In this document: positions 1 to 9,540 of the stretch, in pieces
Layout of the letters: each line of letters opens with the position of its first letter
Numbering within the stretch: the stretch's first letter is position 1
NCBI GenBank assembly: GCA_002395605.1
Contig: DGXO01000034.1
Span: 1 to 63,460, forward strand
From: Bacteroidales bacterium UBA4230
GTDB taxonomy: Bacteria; Bacteroidota; Bacteroidia; Bacteroidales; UBA932
Direction of reading: 5' to 3'
DNA: 63,460 bases
Program-made: the position numbers and the translations under genes
Notes under the pieces: model-generated
What the model was told of the DNA's origin: nothing
What the model saw: the letters and a program-made list of their open reading frames with translations, nothing else
Database searches by the model: none

Positions 1-1707
1 CAGGACTTCTCCGAAATCATCACCGAAGGCCTCACGGCTAAGGTGCAGGTTTCCTGGGACGCCCGCACGGCGTCGTCCGTCACCAACGGCATCCTGCCCA
101 GGGTGTACTACATGGACCCCGCAACCCGCGAATACATCCCCCAGAACAACACCGCCGGTTACATCAACGTCTCCAGCTCTTCCCAGAGCGGTTATACGGT
201 GCTCAACGTGGAGGCTTCGGCCAATTATGAACGCACCTTCGCATCCCGTCACAGGGTGAGCGGAATGTTCCTGTACTACCTCAGGGACCGCGCCAACACC
301 CACCCCGGCTTCGACTACTGGGAGACCTTCCCCCGCAAGAGCCTGGGTATCGCCGGACGTGCCACCTACAGCTACCGTGACCGTTATTTTGCCGAATTCA
401 ACTTCGGCTACAACGGCTCCGAGAACTTCTCCCCCGGCCACCGTTTCGGCTTTTTCCCTTCGGCCGCAGTTGGTTACATTATCTCCAACGAGAGGTTCTG
501 GGACCCCATCAAGGACGTTGTGTCCCTCCTGAAGTTCAAAGCCTCCATCGGCAAGGTTGGTAACGACCAGATTGGCGGCGGACGCCGTTTTGGCTACAAC
601 ACCACCATGGACATCACCGGCGTGAACGGCTTCAACTGGGGCAACGAGCGCAGCGCCTGGGTAGACGGCGTTGCAACCGGAGAAATCGGCAACCCCTACA
701 TTGAATGGGAAGAGGCCCTGAAGCGCAACCTGGGCTTTGAGATGAACCTCTTCAGGGACCACCTCAAGCTGCAGTTCGACTACTTCAACGACTACCGCAG
801 CGGCATCTTCATCACCCGCCAGAGCCTCCCGGACGCCGTTGGCCTCAGAAAGACCCAGTACGTGAACATCGGCGAAATGCAGAACGCCGGCTTTGACGCT
901 TCGGCCCAGTTCGAGTACCTCCTTGGAAACGGGCTTTCAATTGCCGCCCGCGGCAACTTCACCTTCAACCGCAACCGCCGCGTTTACGATGACAAGCCGT
1001 CCCAGATTTGGCCTTACCAAAACACCGCCGGCTTTGCCAACAACCAGCAGAGGGGCCTTGTGGCCGAAGGTCTTTTCATGACCCAGGAAGAGATTGACGC
1101 CTGGCCCAGCCAGTACGGCCGCGTGCTCCAGCCCGGAGACATCAAGTACCGCGACATCAACGGCGACGGCATTGTGAACGACTTCGACATGGTGCCTATC
1201 GGCTACACCACCATCCCTGAAATCAACTACGGCTTCGGCCTCAGTCTTGGCTGGAAGGGCATAGATGCCAGCGTCTTTTTCAGCGGAATGTCCCACGTTA
1301 CACGCTTCATAGGCGGATACAACCTCTACGGCGGCGCCGCCACCAACGTCCTCATCCAGGGCCAGGTGTTCGCCGACGTAATTGAGAACAGCTGGTCAGT
1401 GACCAATGACCCCCGTGCCGAATACCCCCGCTTCACCGTGGAAGCTTCGGCCAACAACCAGCTGAGGTCTACCTTCTGGCAGAAGGACATGAGTTTCCTG
1501 CGCCTCAAGAATGCCGAACTGGGATACACCCTCCCCAAGAAATGGGTAAAGAAGGCCGGGCTTTCCACCGTGCGCTTCTACATCCAGGGAGTGAACCTTC
1601 TCACTTTCTCCAAGTTCAAGCTCTGGGATCCGGAACTTGAATCCGAGTACGGCAACGTGTACCCGCTCACAAGGAACGTGAGCCTTGGCATCAACCTGAA
1701 TTTCTAA
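1..1707 (+). CDS. susC: SusC/RagA TonB-dependent transporter (5' end outside window)
   Basis: Frame open from base 1; barrel motifs EFNFGYNGSENF, PGDIKYRDINGDG, SFLRLKNAELGYT; C-terminal aromatic residue (INLNF); followed by SusD. Confidence 0.95.
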   Translation, partial: QDFSEIITEGLTAKVQVSWDARTASSVTNGILPRVYYMDPATREYIPQNNTAGYINVSSSSQSGYTVLNVEASANYERTFASRHRVSGMFLYYLRDRANTHPGFDYWETFPRKSLGIAGRATYSYRDRYFAEFNFGYNGSENFSPGHRFGFFPSAAVGYIISNERFWDPIKDVVSLLKFKASIGKVGNDQIGGGRRFGYNTTMDITGVNGFNWGNERSAWVDGVATGEIGNPYIEWEEALKRNLGFEMNLFRDHLKLQFDYFNDYRSGIFITRQSLPDAVGLRKTQYVNIGEMQNAGFDASAQFEYLLGNGLSIAARGNFTFNRNRRVYDDKPSQIWPYQNTAGFANNQQRGLVAEGLFMTQEEIDAWPSQYGRVLQPGDIKYRDINGDGIVNDFDMVPIGYTTIPEINYGFGLSLGWKGIDASVFFSGMSHVTRFIGGYNLYGGAATNVLIQGQVFADVIENSWSVTNDPRAEYPRFTVEASANNQLRSTFWQKDMSFLRLKNAELGYTLPKKWVKKAGLSTVRFYIQGVNLLTFSKFKLWDPELESEYGNVYPLTRNVSLGINLNF

Positions 1708-1719
1708 AGACCGGAAGCA

Positions 1720-3732
1720 ATGAAAAAGATATACATACTTGCAATTATGGCCCTTGCAGCCGTGTCCTGCGACTCTTTCTTTGACATAAACCTCAAGGAC
1801 CAGCCCACCCTGGAAGACACCATGAGCCGCTCCAGCACGGTAAAGCGCTACCTGGCCCATCTGTACTCTTACATCCCAAGGGACGAGAATATCCGTAACT
1901 ACGAGGGCGCAACCGTGCTCCGCTCCGACGAATCCCTGGTGGCAAAATCCCAGTACGAGACATTCTGGTACAAGGTGCGCCGCGGAGAATACGGCGCCGA
2001 CAACGCCGTGGACGACGCCAGCGCAAATCCCTGGAAACGCTTCTATACCGGCATCAACGAGTGCACAACCTTCCTCACCAACCTCAACCTTGACAAGGAG
2101 GACTCCCCCAGGCTCATCCAGCAGATGGAGGGCGAAGCCAGGTTCCTCAGGGCCTACTACTACTTTGTGCTCCTGAGACAGTGGGGCCCCGTGATTGTGT
2201 GGGGCGATGAGGCTGCCGACCAAGGCGTAAAGGCCGAAACCCTGGACCGCAATACCGTAGACGAGAACTTCGACTTCATTGTCTCCGAACTTGACAAGGC
2301 CATTGAGCTTCTTTGCGTGGAAGTGAACGACGACGGCCTTGGCCTGAGCCTCGCCTCCAACAAGGGACGCGCCACTAAGGGCGCCGCAATGGCCCTCAAG
2401 ACCCGCGTCCTCCTGTACCGCGCCTCCCCGCTTTACAACGGCCAGAACGGCAGCGGCATCTACAACGGTTTCCAGAATTCACGCGGAGAAAAGCTGTTCC
2501 CTGAGTACGACGCCGCCAAGTGGGACGATGTCGTGAAAGCGGCCGAAGACATCTTCGCCCTTGGCAGGTACGACCTTGCTTCTTCGGCCACGGCAACGGG
2601 AACTCCCATTGAGAAAGCCGCTGCAAACTACCAGTGCACGTGGTTCCAGAACTGGAGCATCAACACGGAGATTATCTGGGGATGGTGGTACCGCTCCTGG
2701 GGCGACGAGTCCCTGGGACAGGGCTGCGACGTTGCATACGCGGCTCCCGCAGGCGGAAAGATAGCACTTGCCGGATACTCCCTCACCTCTCCTTCCCTAA
2801 AACTTGTGGACGCTTATCCAATGTGGGAAAACGGCCGCTACCCTGTCCTTGGGTACAACAAGACAGGAGGCCTTCTGGACTATTCACGCCCCATCGTGGA
2901 CCCTCTGTCCGGATATAAGACCAGCGGCTGGACGGACAATTACCAGCAGCTTGTAGACGTGGATCCTTCCTGGGCCACTCCTTTCAAGGCCCACAACACA
3001 ACCGTGGGAAGGGACGCCCGTTACTACTCCAACTTTGTGCCCAACGGCTTCTGGTGGCCCTCCTCCACCACAAACAGCGGAGGCCCCGTCAGGTTCACCT
3101 GCTACAACTCCCCTTCGGCCACGTCTCCGTACTCGGAAACCGACGCCTGCAACCGCGTGGGGTATGTGTGGCGCCGCCTCTACAAGGCCGGAAACCCGCT
3201 AAAGGACCTTACCGCCGACTACCAGAGCATGAGGTACGTCTATCCCGCTTTCAGGCTTGCCGAAGTGTACCTGAGCTATGCCGAAGCCCAGAACGAGAGG
3301 ACGGCGAGAGATGCATCCAAGGCCATTGAGTACATAGACAAGGTGCGTGAGCGCAGCGGTCTGCCCGGCCTCAGGACTTCCTACCCGGACATTGACTTTG
3401 ACAATGCCGAAGGCACTTCCACCGTTGGCGAAGTAACCCGCACCGGCCGCGAATGGCTGCGCTGGATCATTCTCCAGGAACGCATGTGCGAGTTTGCCAT
3501 GGAAGGCCAGCGCCACTACGACATGCTCCGCTGGATGAAGGCCATGGAGGAATACAACACCGAAAACTGGACCCTCCACATAACCGCCGACAACTACGAG
3601 GATTCCTATGAAAGGGTGAGCGGGGACTACATTGGCGGAAGAAGCGTGTTCCAGGAAAGGGACTACCTCTTCCCCATAGGCTCTCCCCAGATTGCCCAGA
3701 TGACAAATTACACCCAGAACCCCGGTTGGTAG
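1720..3732 (+). CDS. susD: SusD/RagB glycan-binding lipoprotein
   Basis: Lipobox AVSC; GEARFLRAYYYF, FRLAEVYLSYAEA, ERMCEFAMEGQRHYD, terminal QNPGW. Confidence 0.95.
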   Translation: MKKIYILAIMALAAVSCDSFFDINLKDQPTLEDTMSRSSTVKRYLAHLYSYIPRDENIRNYEGATVLRSDESLVAKSQYETFWYKVRRGEYGADNAVDDASANPWKRFYTGINECTTFLTNLNLDKEDSPRLIQQMEGEARFLRAYYYFVLLRQWGPVIVWGDEAADQGVKAETLDRNTVDENFDFIVSELDKAIELLCVEVNDDGLGLSLASNKGRATKGAAMALKTRVLLYRASPLYNGQNGSGIYNGFQNSRGEKLFPEYDAAKWDDVVKAAEDIFALGRYDLASSATATGTPIEKAAANYQCTWFQNWSINTEIIWGWWYRSWGDESLGQGCDVAYAAPAGGKIALAGYSLTSPSLKLVDAYPMWENGRYPVLGYNKTGGLLDYSRPIVDPLSGYKTSGWTDNYQQLVDVDPSWATPFKAHNTTVGRDARYYSNFVPNGFWWPSSTTNSGGPVRFTCYNSPSATSPYSETDACNRVGYVWRRLYKAGNPLKDLTADYQSMRYVYPAFRLAEVYLSYAEAQNERTARDASKAIEYIDKVRERSGLPGLRTSYPDIDFDNAEGTSTVGEVTRTGREWLRWIILQERMCEFAMEGQRHYDMLRWMKAMEEYNTENWTLHITADNYEDSYERVSGDYIGGRSVFQERDYLFPIGSPQIAQMTNYTQNPGW

Positions 3733-3746
3733 CAGTTTAAAGGACA

Positions 3747-5801
3747 ATGGATATGAAAAAACAGATATTTTTAATGGCCGCGCTCATCCTGGGCACAACC
3801 GGATGTCTCAAGGACGACCGTAACAATTTCATGGTGGAAGACAGCTTCGGCCTTACCGCAAGGAGCGCCGTCGTGGAGGCATCCGTGCACACCGGAGCCG
3901 CAAGCGTGGGCATAGCCAAAAACGGCAAGGGACAAAGCTCTGCCAGCGTTTCCATAGTCTCCGGTGAAGAGGCCGACAAAGCCGTCCTCAAGGAGTACAA
4001 TGCCGCAAACGGAACCTCCTACAAGGCTCTCCCCGCATATCTCTACACCCTCTCCGACACCAGGATAGATTATGCCGAAAAGGATGTGGTGAAAGAGCTT
4101 ACGGTAGAGTGGGACTCCAAACTTGCCGCCCAGACCATTGGCGAGAGCACGGACTATGTGATTCCGCTCTCCATCTCTTCCGGAGAGCTCAGCGTGAACG
4201 CCCAGCACAGTTTCCTGATGATTCACCTGAACCGCTCCACCCTTTCCGTGGAGCAGGCCACCCAGGTACGCTCCATTGAGAACAAGGCCGTGGAAGCGGA
4301 CGACAAAGGGAATGTCCCGGAGCTTAAGGAAACAATCACCCTGGACCTTTCCCTTGACAAGGCAATAAAGAACGTGGGAATGACGCTTCCCGTTGCCATA
4401 GACAACAGCCTCATCTCCAAATTCAACGAAACCGCAGAGGAAGAGTGGACAGCCGCCCCTGAAGGCCTCGTCACCCTTGTAAACAGTTCGGTTTCAATAA
4501 AGGAGGGTGCAAGTTCCTCAACCTTCCAGGTGGTGCTTGACAAGGGCAAACTGCCCTTCACGGACGGCCACCTGCAGGAATTCCCGCCGTATGTGGTGCC
4601 GGTTGCCGTGGACGCTTCGGCCATACAGGCCACAATGTCCGGCAAAGAGTTCAGCCTTGAAGGCCTGGGTCTTGGCAACATGGTCACATACATCTGCGTA
4701 AGCTATGCCAGCAACGGCATTTCAGTGGTTGTGAGGGAGTGGGGCCTCTACTCCGAATCATCGGCCTGGTACAGCGGCCTTGAAGGCTTTGGCGCGGGAA
4801 GCGACCGCACCATAGCGATGGACGACGACTACGTGTATGTTGCCCATTCAAACGGCACGCCAGGAATCTATGCCCTCAGCCGCACCAACGGCAGCTTTGT
4901 GAAAAAACTGGACGTGAGCACGGCCGAAGGTAACGGCTGCACGCACCCGGTTTCCTGCGTCAGGATGATCCCTAACGAATCCGGCGCCGACTTCCTCTCC
5001 TTCTGCTCTCTCAAGACCGAAGGCGACCAGCACCTTTATGTATACGCCTATGTAAACGGCACAGACGCCGCTCCCGTGCAGATTCTGGACTTCCTCAAGG
5101 ACAACAAGGGCGGAGCCAACGACTGGCGCCGTTACGGAGACCGCTTCACGGTGGAAGGGACATGGCAGAACGGAAAACTGTGGTTCCTCACCTGGCACGA
5201 CGGCGCTTACGGCAAGATGCTGGGTTTCCACCTCCAGAACGGTACTGTAGTGAATCCTGAAGACCCCGAGGACTACTACATCCCCTCCGACAAGGCCGGT
5301 ATCAAAGATGTCATCCGTTATCCGGGCTGGGACAAATTCCTTGTAACGCGAAACGGCCGCGGAAACATCTACTCTCCCGGAGCCCCCGGCGCCAACGGAT
5401 GGATTAGCCTTACCGACGAAGCCGAAATCGCCGGGCTCAGCCTAAGTTACGGGTTCAACTTCTTTGACTTCCACGGGGAGAACTACATTGCCTTCATGCA
5501 GCTTGACGGAGAAAACGCCGTGCGCGGAAAACTTGTAGTCATTAACGACACCGCAGGCACTCCCGCCGGTTTCCCGGATGTTCTCAAGTGGTATGGAGAC
5601 AATTGCGCTCCCGCAGAGGGAGAGGAACTCCCGGAAGGCATCCGCTACTTTCCCATCCAGCATCCCGACGACTTTGAGGCCAAGTCCAGCATCACCGCCA
5701 GCCACTCCGTTGGAGACTGCACGGTCCGGTACATCAGCGGCAGCACGTATATTGCAGTGCTTATGCAGGGCTGCGGACTAAGCCTTTTCCAGCTCCAATA
5801 A
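3747..5801 (+). CDS. Surface lipoprotein: two DUF1735/BT_3987-like domains plus C-terminal beta-rich (propeller-like) domain
   Basis: Lipobox TTGC; YNAANGTSYKALP and YVIPLSI/YVVPVAV motifs; C-terminal ~360 aa visibly homologous to the C-terminus of 13455..16271. Confidence 0.75.
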   Translation: MDMKKQIFLMAALILGTTGCLKDDRNNFMVEDSFGLTARSAVVEASVHTGAASVGIAKNGKGQSSASVSIVSGEEADKAVLKEYNAANGTSYKALPAYLYTLSDTRIDYAEKDVVKELTVEWDSKLAAQTIGESTDYVIPLSISSGELSVNAQHSFLMIHLNRSTLSVEQATQVRSIENKAVEADDKGNVPELKETITLDLSLDKAIKNVGMTLPVAIDNSLISKFNETAEEEWTAAPEGLVTLVNSSVSIKEGASSSTFQVVLDKGKLPFTDGHLQEFPPYVVPVAVDASAIQATMSGKEFSLEGLGLGNMVTYICVSYASNGISVVVREWGLYSESSAWYSGLEGFGAGSDRTIAMDDDYVYVAHSNGTPGIYALSRTNGSFVKKLDVSTAEGNGCTHPVSCVRMIPNESGADFLSFCSLKTEGDQHLYVYAYVNGTDAAPVQILDFLKDNKGGANDWRRYGDRFTVEGTWQNGKLWFLTWHDGAYGKMLGFHLQNGTVVNPEDPEDYYIPSDKAGIKDVIRYPGWDKFLVTRNGRGNIYSPGAPGANGWISLTDEAEIAGLSLSYGFNFFDFHGENYIAFMQLDGENAVRGKLVVINDTAGTPAGFPDVLKWYGDNCAPAEGEELPEGIRYFPIQHPDDFEAKSSITASHSVGDCTVRYISGSTYIAVLMQGCGLSLFQLQ

Positions 5802-5805
5802 AAGC

Positions 5806-7260
5806 ATGAAATACCTGGCATTCATAGTGATTACCCTTCTCCTCTCGGCCTCCGGCTGCAAGGAGAAGAAGGCTTCGGGGGCCGCCCAGCCCGCCGTGAG
5901 GGTTGAACTCACCTCCGTGGGAGCCCGTGACATAGCCTTTACGGTAAATACCATAGACGCCGCCGCGGTTGAGTATGGCGTGGGAATTTCGGCCGAAAAT
6001 GCCGTCAGGAAAACTGCCACCTCAACTACCGGTCCGGATGTTTTGGAACTCTCCTGGAGCGGCCTTGAGCCTTCTACGGATTACACCCTGAGCGTAAGGG
6101 GCATCGGCCCTGCCGGAGAGGAGGGGAAATGGGAAACGGCCAGCTTCAAAACGGCCGAAGAACGCATTGGAGTGCGCTCTTTCACGGACGTAAGCCTTGT
6201 TGGCTACTGGCACAGGGAGCCATATAAATGGGATGCCGCACGCTTTGCCCCGCACGTTAGTTGGAAGGCCCCGGACGGGACCGAGCAGTGGCTTTTCGAG
6301 GGCTTCATTTTCCTTGAAGGCTCCGACTGGATTCACGGAAAAACCCTTGTGATATCCCCCAGCGGTGAAAGCGCCGACAAATCCGTGTGGCAGTACCAGC
6401 TGGACCTCTGGCTTGGGGCCGAAGGCTCCGTGGCCGAACTCGAGAAAGCCTGCGCAGAAGTTGCGGGCCGAATCGGTGCGCCCTCACAAAGGCGCGGGGT
6501 AATAATCGGCATTCCTGATGCCATAATGTTCCAGCGGTTCTCGGACAAGAGCTCCTCCACCACCTACTGGGGAGACGGCCTTGACTTTGCCTCCACCGAA
6601 GACCGCCTGAAGGCCCTCTACTGGTACATGGACACCGCCAGGGCCATGTTTGCACAGCTTGGATGCAAGTACCTGGAGCTCTCCGGCTTTTACATTACCG
6701 CCGAAGAAATCTACCTCCCCTGGGACATTGACGTCAACTGCCAGTACAAGAACTGGGACGTGATTGCCCCTGCGGTCGCCCGCTACTGTCACGCCTCCGG
6801 GCAGGGCCTTTACTGGATTCCCTACCACATGGGCCCCGGCTACAAATACTGGAAGAGCCTTGGCATAGACCAGGCCTGGATGCAGCCCAACTGGTACTGG
6901 GACCTTCGTAACGAAGGCCGCCACCCGTTCTCAAAGACCATTGCGGCCATAAAGAATGCAGACATGAGCGGCATGGAGCTGGAATTTGAGTATTCCTGCG
7001 TGGCTTCTCAGATGAAGGGTGGTGTAATGGGCCCGGACGGTGACGGACGCCTTGTCTTCACCGCCCAGGATGTTCCCGCCCTCCAGGACCGCGTAAGGCA
7101 TTACATGAAGGAGTTCAAGGACGCAGGGTTCTTCGGAGAGAAGTCCATAGCCCTCTACTCAGGCACCAATGCCTTCACGCAGCTGGCAACTTCGGCCGAT
7201 GCATCGGACCGGGCTCTGTACAATGACATATGCGAGTTCATTTTAGGTAACAGGAAGTAA
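5806..7260 (+). CDS. Lipoprotein with FN3 domain and DUF4855 putative glycoside hydrolase domain
   Basis: Lipobox ASGC; GLEPSTDYTLSV (FN3); WLFEGFIFLE, YWIPY, AWMQPNWY, GMELEFE. Confidence 0.75.
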   Translation: MKYLAFIVITLLLSASGCKEKKASGAAQPAVRVELTSVGARDIAFTVNTIDAAAVEYGVGISAENAVRKTATSTTGPDVLELSWSGLEPSTDYTLSVRGIGPAGEEGKWETASFKTAEERIGVRSFTDVSLVGYWHREPYKWDAARFAPHVSWKAPDGTEQWLFEGFIFLEGSDWIHGKTLVISPSGESADKSVWQYQLDLWLGAEGSVAELEKACAEVAGRIGAPSQRRGVIIGIPDAIMFQRFSDKSSSTTYWGDGLDFASTEDRLKALYWYMDTARAMFAQLGCKYLELSGFYITAEEIYLPWDIDVNCQYKNWDVIAPAVARYCHASGQGLYWIPYHMGPGYKYWKSLGIDQAWMQPNWYWDLRNEGRHPFSKTIAAIKNADMSGMELEFEYSCVASQMKGGVMGPDGDGRLVFTAQDVPALQDRVRHYMKEFKDAGFFGEKSIALYSGTNAFTQLATSADASDRALYNDICEFILGNRK

Positions 7261-7269
7261 GCGCAAACT

Positions 7270-7359
7270 TAAACGGCTGGCAATCTGCAATTTACGCAAA
7301 GTCCCGTATTACTTTTTACCCACGGCAAAATGCATAATACACTAATAATAAAGCACTTA
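7270..7359. repeat. 90-bp box-dyad-box element, copy E1
   Basis: Boxes TAAACGGCTGGCAATCTGCAATTTA (7270) and TAATACACTAATAATAAAGCACTTA (7335); centred dyad CCGT...ACGG (weakest core); contains the ATG of the next gene. Confidence 0.65.
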
Positions 7360-9540
7360 GCAAAAACGCTCATCTTGCTTCCTTTGGCGCTTGCCTGCGG
7401 GCCGAAGCCGGAAAAACAGGTATCAGAGCCTTCCGGCATACATTTTTCCGTAGACGAGACCACCGGTAACCTCACTTTCCTTGGTTTGGGCGCAGGCGGG
7501 CACAACTACGCCGGCAGCAGCGGACTGTGGAGGATGTACTACAACACCCCGGAGCAGAAGGAGATAGAGATTACTCCCCTTGACGGAACGCCGGAGGTAA
7601 GTGTGGCGGGAGACACTGTGCATATAGACTACTCAACACTTGCCGGAAAAGCATTTGAGCTGCATCTGACGCTATGGAAAGAGGAAGGGCAGCTGAGGTT
7701 TGGAGCAACTGTAAAGAACAATGAGCCCCACACGATAATCCGCGAACTCCAGTACCCGCTTGTTGGGAAACTGCAACTGCCGGAAGGATACAGGCTTCTC
7801 ACAACCCACACCGGAGGGCAGATTCATGAGAACCCCGTGTGGAAGATATCCAACGTTGATACAAGGGCCCTTTATATGACCCCCGCCCAGAAGTTCCGCC
7901 AGATGGACCTCCAGTATCCCCGTAACGCCGCCGCCAACTGCTTTGCGTTCATCGGGGATGAGGACGGCCTGTACTTCGGCTCCCACGACACCTCCCTCCA
8001 GCAAACCTGGCACGGGCTCCGCACTTATCCCGATGAAGGGACAATAGGCCATGTGACGGAAGACTTCAAGAACCTTGAAGCGGGCTTTTACCGCTACCCC
8101 AACGCAATGTGCGGCGATACTTGGAGCAATGATGCCAGCGTGGTGGTGCCGTACACCGGAGACTGGACCGAGACTTCCCGCATTTACCGCAAGTGGGCCG
8201 ATACCTGGTGGCACCACGCCCCCGTTCCAAAGTGGGTTCAGGACATGACCGGCTGGCAGAGGGTCATCTTCAAGCACCAGTACGGAGAAGTCCTGCGCAC
8301 ATATGAGGACCTTCCCGGCCGCATTGCCGCCGCCGGAGAGTCTGTGGGTTGCAACGCCGTCCTGGCCTTCGGCTGGTGGGATGAAGGCATGGACAACGGC
8401 TATCCCAACTATACCCTGAAAGACGAAGCCTCATGGAAAGAGGCGATTGCTGCATATAGGGCAGGCAGTGCCGTCCCTCCGCGTTGCTTCGCAACCAACC
8501 GGGGCCCCCGGAAATCTTTGATTTCTGGGGTGGCTCTGTCCGGGCAAATGCTCCGGGACAGCACTGCCTGCCCTAAAAACAGGTTGTTGCTATACTTCAA
8601 CGGCCGTTTGATAGATGTAGAAAGCAACTTCTACAAGAGCGGCGGAGGGTCACGCGTAGCCAACAAAGACAACACGGGCAGGGAGTTCACGGAGCACTAC
8701 AAGTTCACCGGAGAAGGAACCACGCTGGGGTATTACGACTCCAGGACGTTCGTGATAGCCAACATGAGCAAGCGGGAGTGGCGTGACCAGCTCCTGAAGT
8801 GGGCCGACAGGGCCATGGAGTACGGCGCCGACGCCGTGTTCTACGACCAGCTTGGCGTTGCGGAGGAGTTCCCGGACTGGGACCTTTCCCGCGAATACCC
8901 CGTCCAGGACATCTTTACGGGCCGTTACAAGGCCGAAGCACTCAAGGAAATCCGAGACCACATCAAGGCAAAGGATCCGGAGTTCGGCCTTGGCACAGAA
9001 TGGCTCAGTGACTGCACCAGCCAGTTCTGCGACTTTGTGCACATTGTGGAGTTCACGGCGCTTCCGGAGAGCTTCCCGGAATGGTTCCGCTACACCTTCC
9101 CGGAGGTTGTGTGGAGCGACCGCTGCGTGCGCGACGACAACGACGTTCCCCGCCGCGTGAACAACACCCTCCTCAAGGGCCTCAGGAACGACATTGAGGT
9201 GTTCCGCTGCCGCGGACTCATAGATGAAACGCCTGTGTACCAGGCACATCTTGCAAAGGTGAACGAAATCCGTCACGCCTTCCCGGAGCTACTCCTTGAA
9301 GGCCGATACACCGCCACTGACGGCTTCACCTGCTCAGAAAAAGCCCTCACCGCCCGCAGCTTCACCGCCGGAGACAGGATGGCCGTAGTTGTGACAAATA
9401 CAGGTGATAAAATGAAGATAGGAAAGATTACGGCGCCGGGGTATAAACTCACTGGCAGCCGCAGCATAGGAGGGAAGATTGAATCAAACACCATAACGCT
9501 TGACACCAATGAAATTGCAGTACTTGTTTACTCTCGCTAG
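7330..9540 (+). CDS. DUF6259-type putative glycoside hydrolase (lipoprotein) carrying an in-frame palindromic insertion
   Basis: Lipobox ALAC; FGWW...GMDNGYPNY, YFNGRLID, GADAVFYDQLG; 39-codon foreign-looking segment at 8457-8575. Confidence 0.7.
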   Translation: MHNTLIIKHLAKTLILLPLALACGPKPEKQVSEPSGIHFSVDETTGNLTFLGLGAGGHNYAGSSGLWRMYYNTPEQKEIEITPLDGTPEVSVAGDTVHIDYSTLAGKAFELHLTLWKEEGQLRFGATVKNNEPHTIIRELQYPLVGKLQLPEGYRLLTTHTGGQIHENPVWKISNVDTRALYMTPAQKFRQMDLQYPRNAAANCFAFIGDEDGLYFGSHDTSLQQTWHGLRTYPDEGTIGHVTEDFKNLEAGFYRYPNAMCGDTWSNDASVVVPYTGDWTETSRIYRKWADTWWHHAPVPKWVQDMTGWQRVIFKHQYGEVLRTYEDLPGRIAAAGESVGCNAVLAFGWWDEGMDNGYPNYTLKDEASWKEAIAAYRAGSAVPPRCFATNRGPRKSLISGVALSGQMLRDSTACPKNRLLLYFNGRLIDVESNFYKSGGGSRVANKDNTGREFTEHYKFTGEGTTLGYYDSRTFVIANMSKREWRDQLLKWADRAMEYGADAVFYDQLGVAEEFPDWDLSREYPVQDIFTGRYKAEALKEIRDHIKAKDPEFGLGTEWLSDCTSQFCDFVHIVEFTALPESFPEWFRYTFPEVVWSDRCVRDDNDVPRRVNNTLLKGLRNDIEVFRCRGLIDETPVYQAHLAKVNEIRHAFPELLLEGRYTATDGFTCSEKALTARSFTAGDRMAVVVTNTGDKMKIGKITAPGYKLTGSRSIGGKIESNTITLDTNEIAVLVYSR
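8457..8575. mobile_element. MITE/REPIN-like element inserted in frame
   Basis: 21-bp terminal inverted repeats TAGGGCAGGCAGTGCCGTCCC / GGGACAGCACTGCCTGCCCTA (1 mismatch), TA at both ends, internal hairpins GTTGC-TTC-GCAAC and CCCCGGAAATC-TTT-GATTTCTGGGG. Confidence 0.85.
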
